32,000 nt of DNA from Desulfobulbus propionicus DSM 2032. Its GTDB lineage: Bacteria > Desulfobacterota > Desulfobulbia > Desulfobulbales > Desulfobulbaceae. The notes beneath the pieces were generated by a model. It saw only the letters and a program-made list of their open reading frames with translations. It searched no databases and had not been told where the DNA came from. The stretch covers positions 3,819,870 to 3,851,869 of the forward strand of contig NC_014972.1 in the NCBI RefSeq assembly GCF_000186885.1. The letters run 5' to 3'. Positions 17,241 through 25,979 of the stretch are shown one piece after another. The stretch's first letter is position 1; every line of letters starts with the position of its first letter. Both the position numbers and the translations under genes were made by a program.

Positions 17241-18713
17241 ATGCACACCTTATCGAAACCGCGCACCAAAACGATTCTTGCCTCCTGTCTGCTGTGCCTG
17301 ACGCTGCTGGCTGGAGGTTTTCATGCTTCCCACGCCCAGAGCGAGGAAGACCTGGCCTTGCTGGACCGCAGCGCCAAGGCTTTCTCTTCGGTGGTGAAAA
17401 AGGCCGGCCCGGCGGTGGTTCATGTCGGGGTGGAAAAGGAAACCACCGCCAGGGGCATGGGGCAGTTCCCTTCCGATTTGTTTAACGATCCCTTTTTTGA
17501 GCGCTTTTTCGGGCCGCAGTTCCGCCACCCGCGCACCAACCCCAAGCAGGACAAGCGGACCTTCAAGCAGGAGGCTGCCGGCTCTGGCTTCATCATCGCC
17601 AGCGACGGCTACATCCTGACCAACAACCACGTGGTCGAGGAGGCCAGTAAGATCACTGTCCGCCTGGCCGACCAGCGCGAGTTCCCCGCCAAGGTGGTGG
17701 GCACCGATCCTCAGTCGGACGTGGCCATCATCAAGATCGACGGCAAGAACCTGCCGGTCCTGCCCCTGGGCAATTCGGACACCCTGGAGGTCGGCGAATG
17801 GGTCATAGCCATCGGTAGTCCCTTTGAGCTCAACCAGACGGTCACCGTTGGCGTGGTCAGCGCCAAGGGCCGCAACCGCATGGGCATCACCGATTACGAG
17901 AATTTCATCCAGACCGACGCGGCCATCAACCCCGGCAATTCGGGTGGGCCGCTGCTCAACATCCACGGCGAGGCCGTGGGCATGAACACCGCAATTTTTT
18001 CCCGAAGCGGCGGCTATATGGGCATTGGCTTCGCTATCCCGATCAACATGGCCAAGAGCATTGAACAGCAGCTGCGCAAGAGCGGCAAGGTCACCCGCGG
18101 CTGGTTGGGCATCCTCATTCAGGATGTCAACGAGGAGATGGCCAAATCCTTTGGCGGCAAACAGGGCGGCGGCGCCCTGATTTCCGACGTCACCGACGGC
18201 TCGCCCGCGCACAAGAACGGCCTGCAGCAGGGGGACATCATCACCGCCATCAACGGCGAACCGGTGACCGATGTGGCCGACCTGCGCAACAAGATCGCCA
18301 TGACCCCGCCCAACACCGAGCTGCGGCTGCGCATCCTGCGCGATGGCCAGGAGAAGGAGCTGACGGTGACCGTGGGCGAGCAGCCCGCCGACATGGCCTC
18401 GGTGGCCAAGAAGATGGGCGGTTCGACCTTGAGCGAACTCGGCCTCTCCCTCCAGGATCTGACCAAGGAGGTGGCCGAGCAGTTCGGTTACAGCAGCAAT
18501 CAGGGCGTGCTCATCGCCGATGTCGAACAGGGCAGTGCCGCCGCCGAACTCGGCCTGCAGGCCGGCATGCTGATCGAGGAGGTCAACCGCACCAGGGTCC
18601 GCACCCTCAAGGAACTGCAGCAGGCCCTGAAAAAATCGAGCAATGCCAACCAGGTGCTGTTGCGCATTCGTTCCGGCGAACACAGTCAGTACGTGGTGCT
18701 GCAGACCAAATAG
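17241..18713 (+). CDS. degP: DegP/HtrA-family periplasmic serine endoprotease
   Basis: Signal peptide; catalytic triad context ILTNNHVVEEA, SDVAIIKI, NPGNSGGPLLN; two C-terminal PDZ-like regions (GWLGILIQDV..., LGLSLQDLTKE...). ATG 17226 is an alternative start. Confidence 0.95.
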   Translation: MHTLSKPRTKTILASCLLCLTLLAGGFHASHAQSEEDLALLDRSAKAFSSVVKKAGPAVVHVGVEKETTARGMGQFPSDLFNDPFFERFFGPQFRHPRTNPKQDKRTFKQEAAGSGFIIASDGYILTNNHVVEEASKITVRLADQREFPAKVVGTDPQSDVAIIKIDGKNLPVLPLGNSDTLEVGEWVIAIGSPFELNQTVTVGVVSAKGRNRMGITDYENFIQTDAAINPGNSGGPLLNIHGEAVGMNTAIFSRSGGYMGIGFAIPINMAKSIEQQLRKSGKVTRGWLGILIQDVNEEMAKSFGGKQGGGALISDVTDGSPAHKNGLQQGDIITAINGEPVTDVADLRNKIAMTPPNTELRLRILRDGQEKELTVTVGEQPADMASVAKKMGGSTLSELGLSLQDLTKEVAEQFGYSSNQGVLIADVEQGSAAAELGLQAGMLIEEVNRTRVRTLKELQQALKKSSNANQVLLRIRSGEHSQYVVLQTK

Positions 18714-18736
18714 GCCTGATCTGCTCTTGCCGCACA

Positions 18737-18774
18737 CAGCCGCTGCCGGAACCTCCGGGGCGGCTGTTTTTTTT
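18737..18774 (+). terminator. Rho-independent terminator after the htrA/degP-like gene
   Basis: cagccgctgccgga-acc-tccggggcggctg imperfect stem followed by a run of 8 T, 23 bp downstream of the stop codon. Confidence 0.85.
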
Positions 18775-18796
18775 GGGGGGCCGCGAAGGTGATTCG

Positions 18797-21700
18797 TCAG
18801 CCGTTCCCTGTTGCTGCCGACCGCAGCAGCTGTTCGATTTTTTCCTGCAATCCTTGGACGGTGAAGGGCTTTTTGATAAAGGGAAGCTCGCTGTCCCGGT
18901 CGTCGAGGACAAGAATGTCTGCGGCATAACCGGACATGAACAACACCTTGATGTCCGGCCGCCGGGCCAGGATTTGGCGGCTCAATTCCCGGCCGTTCAT
19001 CTCCGGCATGACCACATCGGTGAGCAGCAGATCAATCGTCCGCTCCGCGTCGGCGCAGATGGTCAGAGCCTCCTGCGGAGTCATCGCCACCAGCACGGTG
19101 TAGCCGCTCATCTCAAGAATGTCCCTGGCCATTTGCCGCACGGTTTCCTCGTCCTCGACCAGCAGGATGGTGCCGCATTTGTCCCGTGCCAGTAGGTGCT
19201 GCCGTTCCTCGGTCAGGCCCTCGGAGTGGACCGTGCTGCGGGGCAGGAACACCTTGAAGACGGTGCCGACGCCCACCTCGCTCTCGACCAGCACCAGCCC
19301 CCTGTTCTGGCTGACGATGCCGTAGATCGTCGCCAGCCCAAGCCCCGTGCCCTTGCCGCTTTCCTTGGTGGTGTAGAAGGGTTCAAAGATGTGCGCAAGG
19401 GTCTCCGGTCCCATGCCGCTGCCGGTGTCGCTGACCGTCAACCGCACATAGTCGCCCGCCGTGATTTCCGGATAGTGCCGGACAAAGGCGGCATCCAGGT
19501 GGACATTGGCGGTCGTCACGGTCAGCAGGCCGCCCTGCTCCATGGCGTCGCGGGCATTGACCACCAGGTTCATGATCACCTGGTCCACTTGGGTGGGATC
19601 CATGTGGATCGGCCACAATCCATCGGCCAGTCTGACCTCGAAGCGGATGTCCTCGCGGATCAGCCGGCCAAGCCCCTTGTGCACCCCCTTGACCACGGCG
19701 TTGAGGTCCAGCACCTGGGGGGAAATGGCCTCCTGCCGTGAAAAGGCCAGCAGTTGGCGGGTGATGTCTCGCGACTGGGTGGCGGCCCTGATGATTTGAT
19801 TGAGATAGCCGCGCATTTTGTCCGGGCTCGGTTGGCTGCTTTTCGCCAGGTCGGCATAGCCGAGAATGACCGACAGCTGGTTGTTGAAGTCGTGGGCCAC
19901 GCCGCCGGCCAGACGACCGACCGCTTCCATCTTCTGCGCCTGACGCAGCTGGGCCTCAAGCCTGCGCTTTTCCCGCTCCTCTTCCTTTCGTCCGGTGGTG
20001 TCGACCATGATTCCCCGCCGCCACCGTGGCACGCCGTTTTCCGCAACCACGGTAACCATGTCTTGCATCCATACTGTCTCGCCGTTTTCCGCCAGGAAAC
20101 GGTATTCCAGGACATGGTCCTCGCCGGCCCTGGTCTTGGCTTGGGCATGGGCAGAGACGTGCTCGCGGTCCTCCGGGTGGAGGTGCGCGCGCCAGAACCC
20201 CTTCGCCGCCCAGGCTTCCACCGGATAGCCCAGCAGCCGTTCCGCCTGCCGGCTGACATAGGTGAAGGCAAAGGTGTGCGCATCCGCTTCCCAGACAATG
20301 CCGTCCACGGAATCAACCAAATTGACGAAACGGGCGCGTTCCGTGCGCAGTTCCTCCTCGATCCGTTTCTTTTCGGTGATATCCCATGCCACCCCCAGCA
20401 CCCCGAGCAGGCGGCCGGAGTCATCGTAGATCGGGGTCTTGATGGTTTCCAGCAGCTCCCGGTGGCCGTCGGCGGCATAGGTGATCCATTCCTCGTTGAT
20501 CGTCGGCTGCCCGTTGTCGATGGCCTTGCGGTCGTTGGCCCGGAAAAAATCGGCCTGCTCGCGGGCGACGAAATCGTAATCCGTCTTGCCGACGATATGT
20601 GCTTCGCTGGTACCGAAAAACTGTTCAAAGCGGTTGTTGCAGCTCAGGTAGACGCCATCCGGGTCTTTCATCCAGATCATCGCCGGCACGGTCTGGAGAA
20701 GGTTGCGCAGCCGGGCGCGTTCCGTTTCCAAAACCTGCTGAGCCTGCTTGAGCGCGGTGATATCATGGGCCATGAAGTAAATGCAGTCTTCCCCCCAGAC
20801 GGTGATCGGCCGCATGAACATCAGGGCATCACGCCTGTCGCCGGATTTGGTGGTGAGCACGAATTCATAATTTTCCAGCCATCCCCGCTCATGGATAATG
20901 GCCATGGCTCCGGCCCGCGCCTCCTGGGTCCACAACCCCAGCCCCACCGAGGTCCGCCCCAGGGTCTCTTCCCGTTCATATCCGGTCATGGCGATGAAAC
21001 CATCATTCACCTCGAGGAAGCAGCCATCGCTCATGCGGGTGATGCCGGCCATTTCCGGCATCAGACGAAAGATGGCCGCGTATTTTTGTTCCGAGAGGCG
21101 CAATTCCTCCTCGGCCCGTTTGCGGTCGGCCACTTCCCGCCGCAGCTCTTGATTGCGTATCTGCTCCCGGGCGGGACGGGCCGCCAGCGACCAGATGAAG
21201 GCCGCCACCAACAGGCTGTTGAGCAGGCCGATCCAGAACAACGGCGAATCGATCGGCGTTTTCCGCGGCCAGCCGCCTTTGCGCACCGCGCAGATCTGCC
21301 ACTGCGTTCCGGGAACATTCACCGGCATGCAGACCGGATTGTCGGCAAACAGCCGCTCCTCCCCGCGCAGGATCAGGCCGGGCCCGCCCTGGTGGTCGAC
21401 TTTGCGCAGACCGATGGCAAATCCCTTCGTTGCCTCCACGCCACCGACATCGAGCAGGGCATCGACCCGGGTCACCACCGACACGATCCCCCAGTAACGA
21501 GGTTCGGTCCCTGGCGGCCTGTTGGCGGCGGTGAACACGGGGACTCGGGCGATCAGTCCCTCGCCGCCCTGCACCAGCCGGTGGGGGCCGGCGAGGATGG
21601 GGCGTCTGCTGGCCATCGCCTGACGCACGGCCGCGTACTGCTCCGGGTTGGATGCGTAGCGAAACCCGATGGCCTCCTTGTTGCCTTCGAGGGGAAAGAT

Positions 21701-22117
21701 CATGGCCATCTTGTTGTCGGGGGCGATGCCAATGTTGTGAATCTGGGGATGCCCCTTGATGGCCTGCCGGGCCAGGGCCTCGAACAGATCGTGGCTGATG
21801 GTTCCCTGGTGGGCGATGACATCGGCAAGGGCCGAGGTGGCGCTGAAGACCGTGGCCACGGTGCCTTCCAGGCGGGCGCGGATGGTGGCCAGGTCGTTGA
21901 GCGCCTGGCCGCGCGCCTCGCTGATCCGCTGTTGCGTGTCCAGCAGACCGATCCGCCAGCTGAGCAGGGCGCCCAGCAGCAGCGCCAGGCCGGCCAGGAC
22001 CCAGGGAATCTGGATGCATCGGGAGATGACGTTCGCTGTCCTTGGTTGCTCCACATCCGCCTCCCCAAAAATGTCCGGCCCGGAAGGCCCGATGCCGGAG
22101 AAGAGCCGAAAATCCAT
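18797..22117 (-). CDS. Hybrid sensor histidine kinase: TM - CHASE-like - TM - 3x PAS - HisKA - HATPase - receiver
   Basis: N-terminal periplasmic region (...IAHQGTISHDLFEALARQAIKGHPQIHNIGIAPDNKMAMIFPLEGNKEAIGF...) resembling CHASE; three PAS-like blocks; AGGVAHDFNNQLSVILGYADL; VMNLVVNARDAM; C-terminal ILLVEDEETVRQMARDIL...LLLTDVVMPEMNG...KPF. Confidence 0.88.
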   Translation of the reverse strand: MDFRLFSGIGPSGPDIFGEADVEQPRTANVISRCIQIPWVLAGLALLLGALLSWRIGLLDTQQRISEARGQALNDLATIRARLEGTVATVFSATSALADVIAHQGTISHDLFEALARQAIKGHPQIHNIGIAPDNKMAMIFPLEGNKEAIGFRYASNPEQYAAVRQAMASRRPILAGPHRLVQGGEGLIARVPVFTAANRPPGTEPRYWGIVSVVTRVDALLDVGGVEATKGFAIGLRKVDHQGGPGLILRGEERLFADNPVCMPVNVPGTQWQICAVRKGGWPRKTPIDSPLFWIGLLNSLLVAAFIWSLAARPAREQIRNQELRREVADRKRAEEELRLSEQKYAAIFRLMPEMAGITRMSDGCFLEVNDGFIAMTGYEREETLGRTSVGLGLWTQEARAGAMAIIHERGWLENYEFVLTTKSGDRRDALMFMRPITVWGEDCIYFMAHDITALKQAQQVLETERARLRNLLQTVPAMIWMKDPDGVYLSCNNRFEQFFGTSEAHIVGKTDYDFVAREQADFFRANDRKAIDNGQPTINEEWITYAADGHRELLETIKTPIYDDSGRLLGVLGVAWDITEKKRIEEELRTERARFVNLVDSVDGIVWEADAHTFAFTYVSRQAERLLGYPVEAWAAKGFWRAHLHPEDREHVSAHAQAKTRAGEDHVLEYRFLAENGETVWMQDMVTVVAENGVPRWRRGIMVDTTGRKEEEREKRRLEAQLRQAQKMEAVGRLAGGVAHDFNNQLSVILGYADLAKSSQPSPDKMRGYLNQIIRAATQSRDITRQLLAFSRQEAISPQVLDLNAVVKGVHKGLGRLIREDIRFEVRLADGLWPIHMDPTQVDQVIMNLVVNARDAMEQGGLLTVTTANVHLDAAFVRHYPEITAGDYVRLTVSDTGSGMGPETLAHIFEPFYTTKESGKGTGLGLATIYGIVSQNRGLVLVESEVGVGTVFKVFLPRSTVHSEGLTEERQHLLARDKCGTILLVEDEETVRQMARDILEMSGYTVLVAMTPQEALTICADAERTIDLLLTDVVMPEMNGRELSRQILARRPDIKVLFMSGYAADILVLDDRDSELPFIKKPFTVQGLQEKIEQLLRSAATGNG

Positions 22118-22277
22118 TGAGATGTATGCGCGTAGGATAGCAGGGGCCGGGGCGGTTGCAAATGGGAATCAGGCAGGACGAGGTAGATTCCTCCAGGCGG
22201 GCAATGTTTTCGATTGCCAGGCTGAATGGCGGGCAATAGTATGCACGGCATCCAATTGTATCGAGGAGGAGACCACG

Positions 22278-22967
22278 GTGCGCATCCACGCCTTGCAGCA
22301 CGTTGCCTTTGAAGGGCTGGGCCATATTGGCCACTGGGTCGAGAAGCAGGGCTACCCCCTGAGCATGACTCGGCTGTACGCGGGCGACCCCTTGCCCACG
22401 CTGGCCGATTTTGATCGGCTGGTGATCATGGGCGGGCCGATGAACATCTACGAGGACGGCCTGTATCCCTGGCTGGCCGGGGAGCGGGCGCTGATTCGGG
22501 AAGCGATCGCCGCGGGCAAGTCGGCGGTGGGCATCTGTCTGGGGGCGCAGCTGCTGGCCGATGCCCTCGGTTCACCCGTTGTCGCCGGCCGGCACAAGGA
22601 AATCGGCTGGCTGCCGATCCGGCTCACCGACGCGGGCAAGCAATCCGCCCTGTGGGCCGGGCTGCCCGACCAGCCGGTGGTGTTTCACTGGCACGGCGAT
22701 ACCTTTGCCATTCCCGCTGGCGCGATTCATCTGGCCGAGAGCGCAGGCTGCGTCAGCCAGGCCTTTGTTTACGACAACCGTATCCTCGGGCTGCAGTTTC
22801 ATCTGGAATCCACGCCGGACACGGTGCGGCAGATCGTGTCCCACTGTGGCCACGAATTGGTGCCGTCCCCCTTTGTGCAGAGCGCGGTCGAGATTTTCCG
22901 CGATGGTCCGGACCATTTCCCGGTGATCAACCGGATGCTGGAAACCTTGCTGACCCGGTTGGGCTAG
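22278..22967 (+). CDS. Class I glutamine amidotransferase (GuaA-N-like), stand-alone
   Basis: GTG start with SD aggagga; MGGPMNIYED, GICLGAQLLADALG (nucleophile Cys), GLQFHLEST (His-Glu). The ORF track extends far upstream to 21756, antisense to the kinase, which is unlikely to be real. Confidence 0.9.
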   Translation: MRIHALQHVAFEGLGHIGHWVEKQGYPLSMTRLYAGDPLPTLADFDRLVIMGGPMNIYEDGLYPWLAGERALIREAIAAGKSAVGICLGAQLLADALGSPVVAGRHKEIGWLPIRLTDAGKQSALWAGLPDQPVVFHWHGDTFAIPAGAIHLAESAGCVSQAFVYDNRILGLQFHLESTPDTVRQIVSHCGHELVPSPFVQSAVEIFRDGPDHFPVINRMLETLLTRLG

Positions 22968-22985
22968 CCCTCTTGGCGGCCGGGT

Positions 22986-23942
22986 TCAGGTCGGCTGCCG
23001 CATCTGCTGCTCCTTGAACCGCACCAGGGCGGCGAGAAAATCGCAGCAGGGCGTGGGCACGCCGAATTTTCGGCCCTGCGCCGCCACATAGCCGACCATG
23101 GCTTCGACCTCGGTCGGTTTGTTGTGGTCCAGGTCCTGGAGCATCGAGGCCCGGTGGTTGGAGGTGGCCGGAATCAGTTGGCCGTAAAAGACCCTGCCAT
23201 AGCTGGCCGCATCGGGCCACGGGGTGGTGCCGCCCATGGCATTGATCACTGCGAAGGTCTCCTCGATCACCTGATCCATGAGCATCCGGGTTTCAGCGCT
23301 CTCTCCCAGGGCGCCGTAGGGGACGCCGAGGAGGGCGCCCAGCGGGTTGAGGGCGCAGTTGTAAAGCAGCTTGGCAAAGAGCGACTGGTAGATGTCCGCC
23401 ACCGCGATGCTGGGCAGACCGGCATGGCTGAGCGCATCGGCCAGCCGTTTGGCCGCCGCCGGAATGGTGCCGCGCACGCAGCCGCCCACATGAATGGCAT
23501 CCGCGGAAACGGTGATCCGCACCACGCCGGGCCGTTCAATCTCGAAACCGGTGATCACCCGCCCCGCCAGGCTGCGCTCGCGGCCGAGGCGTTCGGCCAG
23601 TTTCTCCAGGTTGCCGCAGCCGTTCTGCAGTGAGACCACCGGGCAGTAGCACTCGTGCAGCGCGGCGATATCGCTGATCGCCTTGTCCGTGTCATACGTC
23701 TTGGTGGTGAGCAGGATGGCCTCGTAGTCGCGGCCGCTTCGGCCCCTGATTCCGGTGAACAGGCCGATCTGGCCCGGCGGCACACCGTGGTCGCCGAAAA
23801 TGCCGGTGACCCGCAGGCCCGTGGTCTGCAGCGCCTCGACAAAGCGCGGCCGAAGCACGAGGTCGACCTTGTGGCCGTCCGCGGCCAGCATGCAGCCGAT
23901 GGCCTGACCCAAGGCCCCGGCCCCGTAAATCAAAAAATGCAT
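22986..23942 (-). CDS. panE: 2-dehydropantoate 2-reductase
   Basis: MHFLIYGAGALGQAIGCMLAADGHKVDLVLR (Rossmann), VVSLQNGCGNLEKLAERLG, LLYNCALNPLGALLG, HRASMLQDLDHNKPTEVEAMVG. Confidence 0.92.
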   Translation of the reverse strand: MHFLIYGAGALGQAIGCMLAADGHKVDLVLRPRFVEALQTTGLRVTGIFGDHGVPPGQIGLFTGIRGRSGRDYEAILLTTKTYDTDKAISDIAALHECYCPVVSLQNGCGNLEKLAERLGRERSLAGRVITGFEIERPGVVRITVSADAIHVGGCVRGTIPAAAKRLADALSHAGLPSIAVADIYQSLFAKLLYNCALNPLGALLGVPYGALGESAETRMLMDQVIEETFAVINAMGGTTPWPDAASYGRVFYGQLIPATSNHRASMLQDLDHNKPTEVEAMVGYVAAQGRKFGVPTPCCDFLAALVRFKEQQMRQPT

Positions 23943-24066
23943 GAGTTCCTCCCAGAATGCCTGCTCAGTCTTGCCGCCCCGAAGCCAACGCCCTCCCTTC
24001 ACGGGCGGATCACCCCGCAGGCGCGGGCTGGTCGTTCTGTCTTCTTGTCAGGGGGCGGCGATCACC

Positions 24067-24579
24067 GTGGAATTGATCATCATCGCCGCCATGGCCGCCA
24101 ATCGGGTCATCGGCCGCCATCATACCATTCCCTGGCACATAGCGGAAGACATGGCCCACTTTAAAGCCACCACCATGGGGCATCCGGTGATCATGGGCCG
24201 CATCACCTACACCTCGATCGGATTGCCTCTGCCGGGGCGAACCAATATCGTGGTCAGCCGGACTCCCGGCTTCCAGCCCCATCCGGACTGCACGGTGGTG
24301 ACCTCCCTGGAGGCGGCCATCGATTGCTGCCGGACCGCTGCCAAGGCCTTTGTCATCGGCGGCGCGCAGTTGTACCGTGCCGCCCTGCCCCTGGCCCAAA
24401 CCCTGATCCTCACCCGGATCGACCGGGAGTACGCGGGGGATGTCTTGTTTCCTGATTTTTCCGATCAGCCCTTTGTCTGTGTCGAGCGGAAACCGCTGGC
24501 CGCCAGCGTGCCGCTGACCATCGAAATCTATCGGCGCATGGGCCTCTCTGGCGCGGCCCCGGGTAATCCGCCGGTCTGA
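24067..24579 (+). CDS. folA: Dihydrofolate reductase
   Basis: VELIIIAAMAANRVIGRHHTIPWHIAEDMAHFKATTMGHPVIMGRITYTSIGLPLPGRTNIVVSR...FVIGGAQLYRAAL. The GTG (or downstream TTG) start is inferred. Confidence 0.9.
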   Translation: MELIIIAAMAANRVIGRHHTIPWHIAEDMAHFKATTMGHPVIMGRITYTSIGLPLPGRTNIVVSRTPGFQPHPDCTVVTSLEAAIDCCRTAAKAFVIGGAQLYRAALPLAQTLILTRIDREYAGDVLFPDFSDQPFVCVERKPLAASVPLTIEIYRRMGLSGAAPGNPPV

Positions 24580-24647
24580 CGTGACGTTTTTTGCGGTAGG
24601 TGCGGGAAGGCTATGCATTCCACCTTCTTTTATGCTACAGAACAGCC

Positions 24648-25430
24648 ATGCGACGCTTTTTTTTCCCCCACCATGCCCACAGCGGCGATTTGATCGAACT
24701 GTCCGGGGCGGAGGCACGGCACATCGCCTCGGTGCTGCGCCTCAAGCCAGGGCAGGCCGTCGAGTTGTTCGACGGTCAGGGACAGGTGTGTGCGGCGGTT
24801 TTGCAGACAGTGGGCAAGCACCAGGTGACAGCGAGGGTCACCGCGATCCGCAACGAACGCCCTGCGGTCAGTGTCCCGCTGACCCTGGCGCAATGCCTGT
24901 TGAAAGGCAAGAAAATGGATCTGCTGGTGCAAAAAGCCACCGAACTTGGCGCCCAGGCCTTCATGCCGGTGGTGTCCGCCTACTGTGAAAACCATGGAGA
25001 TCGGGACCATCAGCGGGAACGCTGGCAACGGATCATGATCGAGGCTTGCAAGCAGTGCCACCGCTCCAACCCTATGGCCATTCTGCCGGTGGCCCGGCTC
25101 GATCAGGCCGATTTTACCCCCTACGATCATCGGTTGGCCGCCTGGGAAGGAGAGCGACAGGCTGCCCTGCCGACCCGATTCATTGATCACCCCGGTCCCC
25201 TCTGCCTGTTCTTGGGTCCGGAGGGCGGCCTTCACGACGACGATCTCCGTCTCCTGACTCAGTGGTCCTTCACGCCCTTTTCCCTGGGCCGACATATCTT
25301 ACGCGGTGAAACCGCTGCCCTGGCCGCGCTCTCCATTGTCCAGTACCTGAGCGGCTTTCTCCGGCCGGAGACCGCGAATTGCGCCGAATCGTCCCCTCCC
25401 GCTGAACCCTCACTTTTTTTCGAGCCATGA
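24648..25430 (+). CDS. rsmE: 16S rRNA (uracil1498-N3)-methyltransferase
   Basis: [43 protein letters not shown]...[16 protein letters not shown]...[17 protein letters not shown]...[16 protein letters not shown]. Confidence 0.93.
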   Translation: MRRFFFPHHAHSGDLIELSGAEARHIASVLRLKPGQAVELFDGQGQVCAAVLQTVGKHQVTARVTAIRNERPAVSVPLTLAQCLLKGKKMDLLVQKATELGAQAFMPVVSAYCENHGDRDHQRERWQRIMIEACKQCHRSNPMAILPVARLDQADFTPYDHRLAAWEGERQAALPTRFIDHPGPLCLFLGPEGGLHDDDLRLLTQWSFTPFSLGRHILRGETAALAALSIVQYLSGFLRPETANCAESSPPAEPSLFFEP

Positions 25431-25876
25431 GAGCTGTTGTGCAACGCGTTACCCAGGCCCAGGTCGAGGTCGAGGGGCAGGTCACCGGCGCCATCGCCGC
25501 AGGCCTGCTGGTTCTGCTCGGCGTGCATCGCCACGATACCGACAAGGATCTGGCCTGGATGGTGGATAAGATCCAGCATCTGCGCATCTTCGAGGACGAG
25601 GGCGGGCTAATGAACCGCTCGCTGGCCGACGTCGGCGGTCAGTTGCTGGTGGTCTCCCAATTCACCCTCTATGGCGACTGCCGCAAGGGACGCCGACCGT
25701 CGTGGAACGAGGCGGCCCCGCCCGAGTTGGCCCGGCAGCTCTACGAACAATTCATCGACCGCTGCCGCGGGCGCGGCATTCCCACCCAAGCCGGCGTTTT
25801 TCAAGCCATGATGCAAGTTTCCTTGACAAATTCCGGCCCGGTCACCATTCTTTTGGATTCCCACAAAACCTTCTGA
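25427..25876 (+). CDS. dtd: D-aminoacyl-tRNA deacylase
   Basis: [41 protein letters not shown]...[30 protein letters not shown]...[29 protein letters not shown] overlap with rsmE. Confidence 0.95.
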   Translation: MRAVVQRVTQAQVEVEGQVTGAIAAGLLVLLGVHRHDTDKDLAWMVDKIQHLRIFEDEGGLMNRSLADVGGQLLVVSQFTLYGDCRKGRRPSWNEAAPPELARQLYEQFIDRCRGRGIPTQAGVFQAMMQVSLTNSGPVTILLDSHKTF

Positions 25877-25979
25877 CCCCATGCCGGACCGGATTGCCCG
25901 GCCCCCAGCAAACAAGGAAAATCGAATCCGCGGCGTGATGGATGGAACCCATGCCGGGATTTTTACGGAGCGGAGCGTT

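Noticed and set aside
17250-18737. 495-aa minus-strand ORF antisense to htrA/degP
   Set aside because: It mirrors the serine protease gene almost exactly; the plus-strand product has a signal peptide, catalytic triad and PDZ regions, and a terminator follows it.
19754-22120. 788-aa plus-strand ORF antisense to the hybrid kinase
   Set aside because: No domain signal, and fully overlapped by clear kinase motifs on the other strand.
21756-22277. N-terminal extension of the glutamine amidotransferase ORF
   Set aside because: It runs antisense into the kinase gene; the GTG at 22278 with a strong SD and the homology-like start (VRIHALQHVAFEGLG) explains the true gene.
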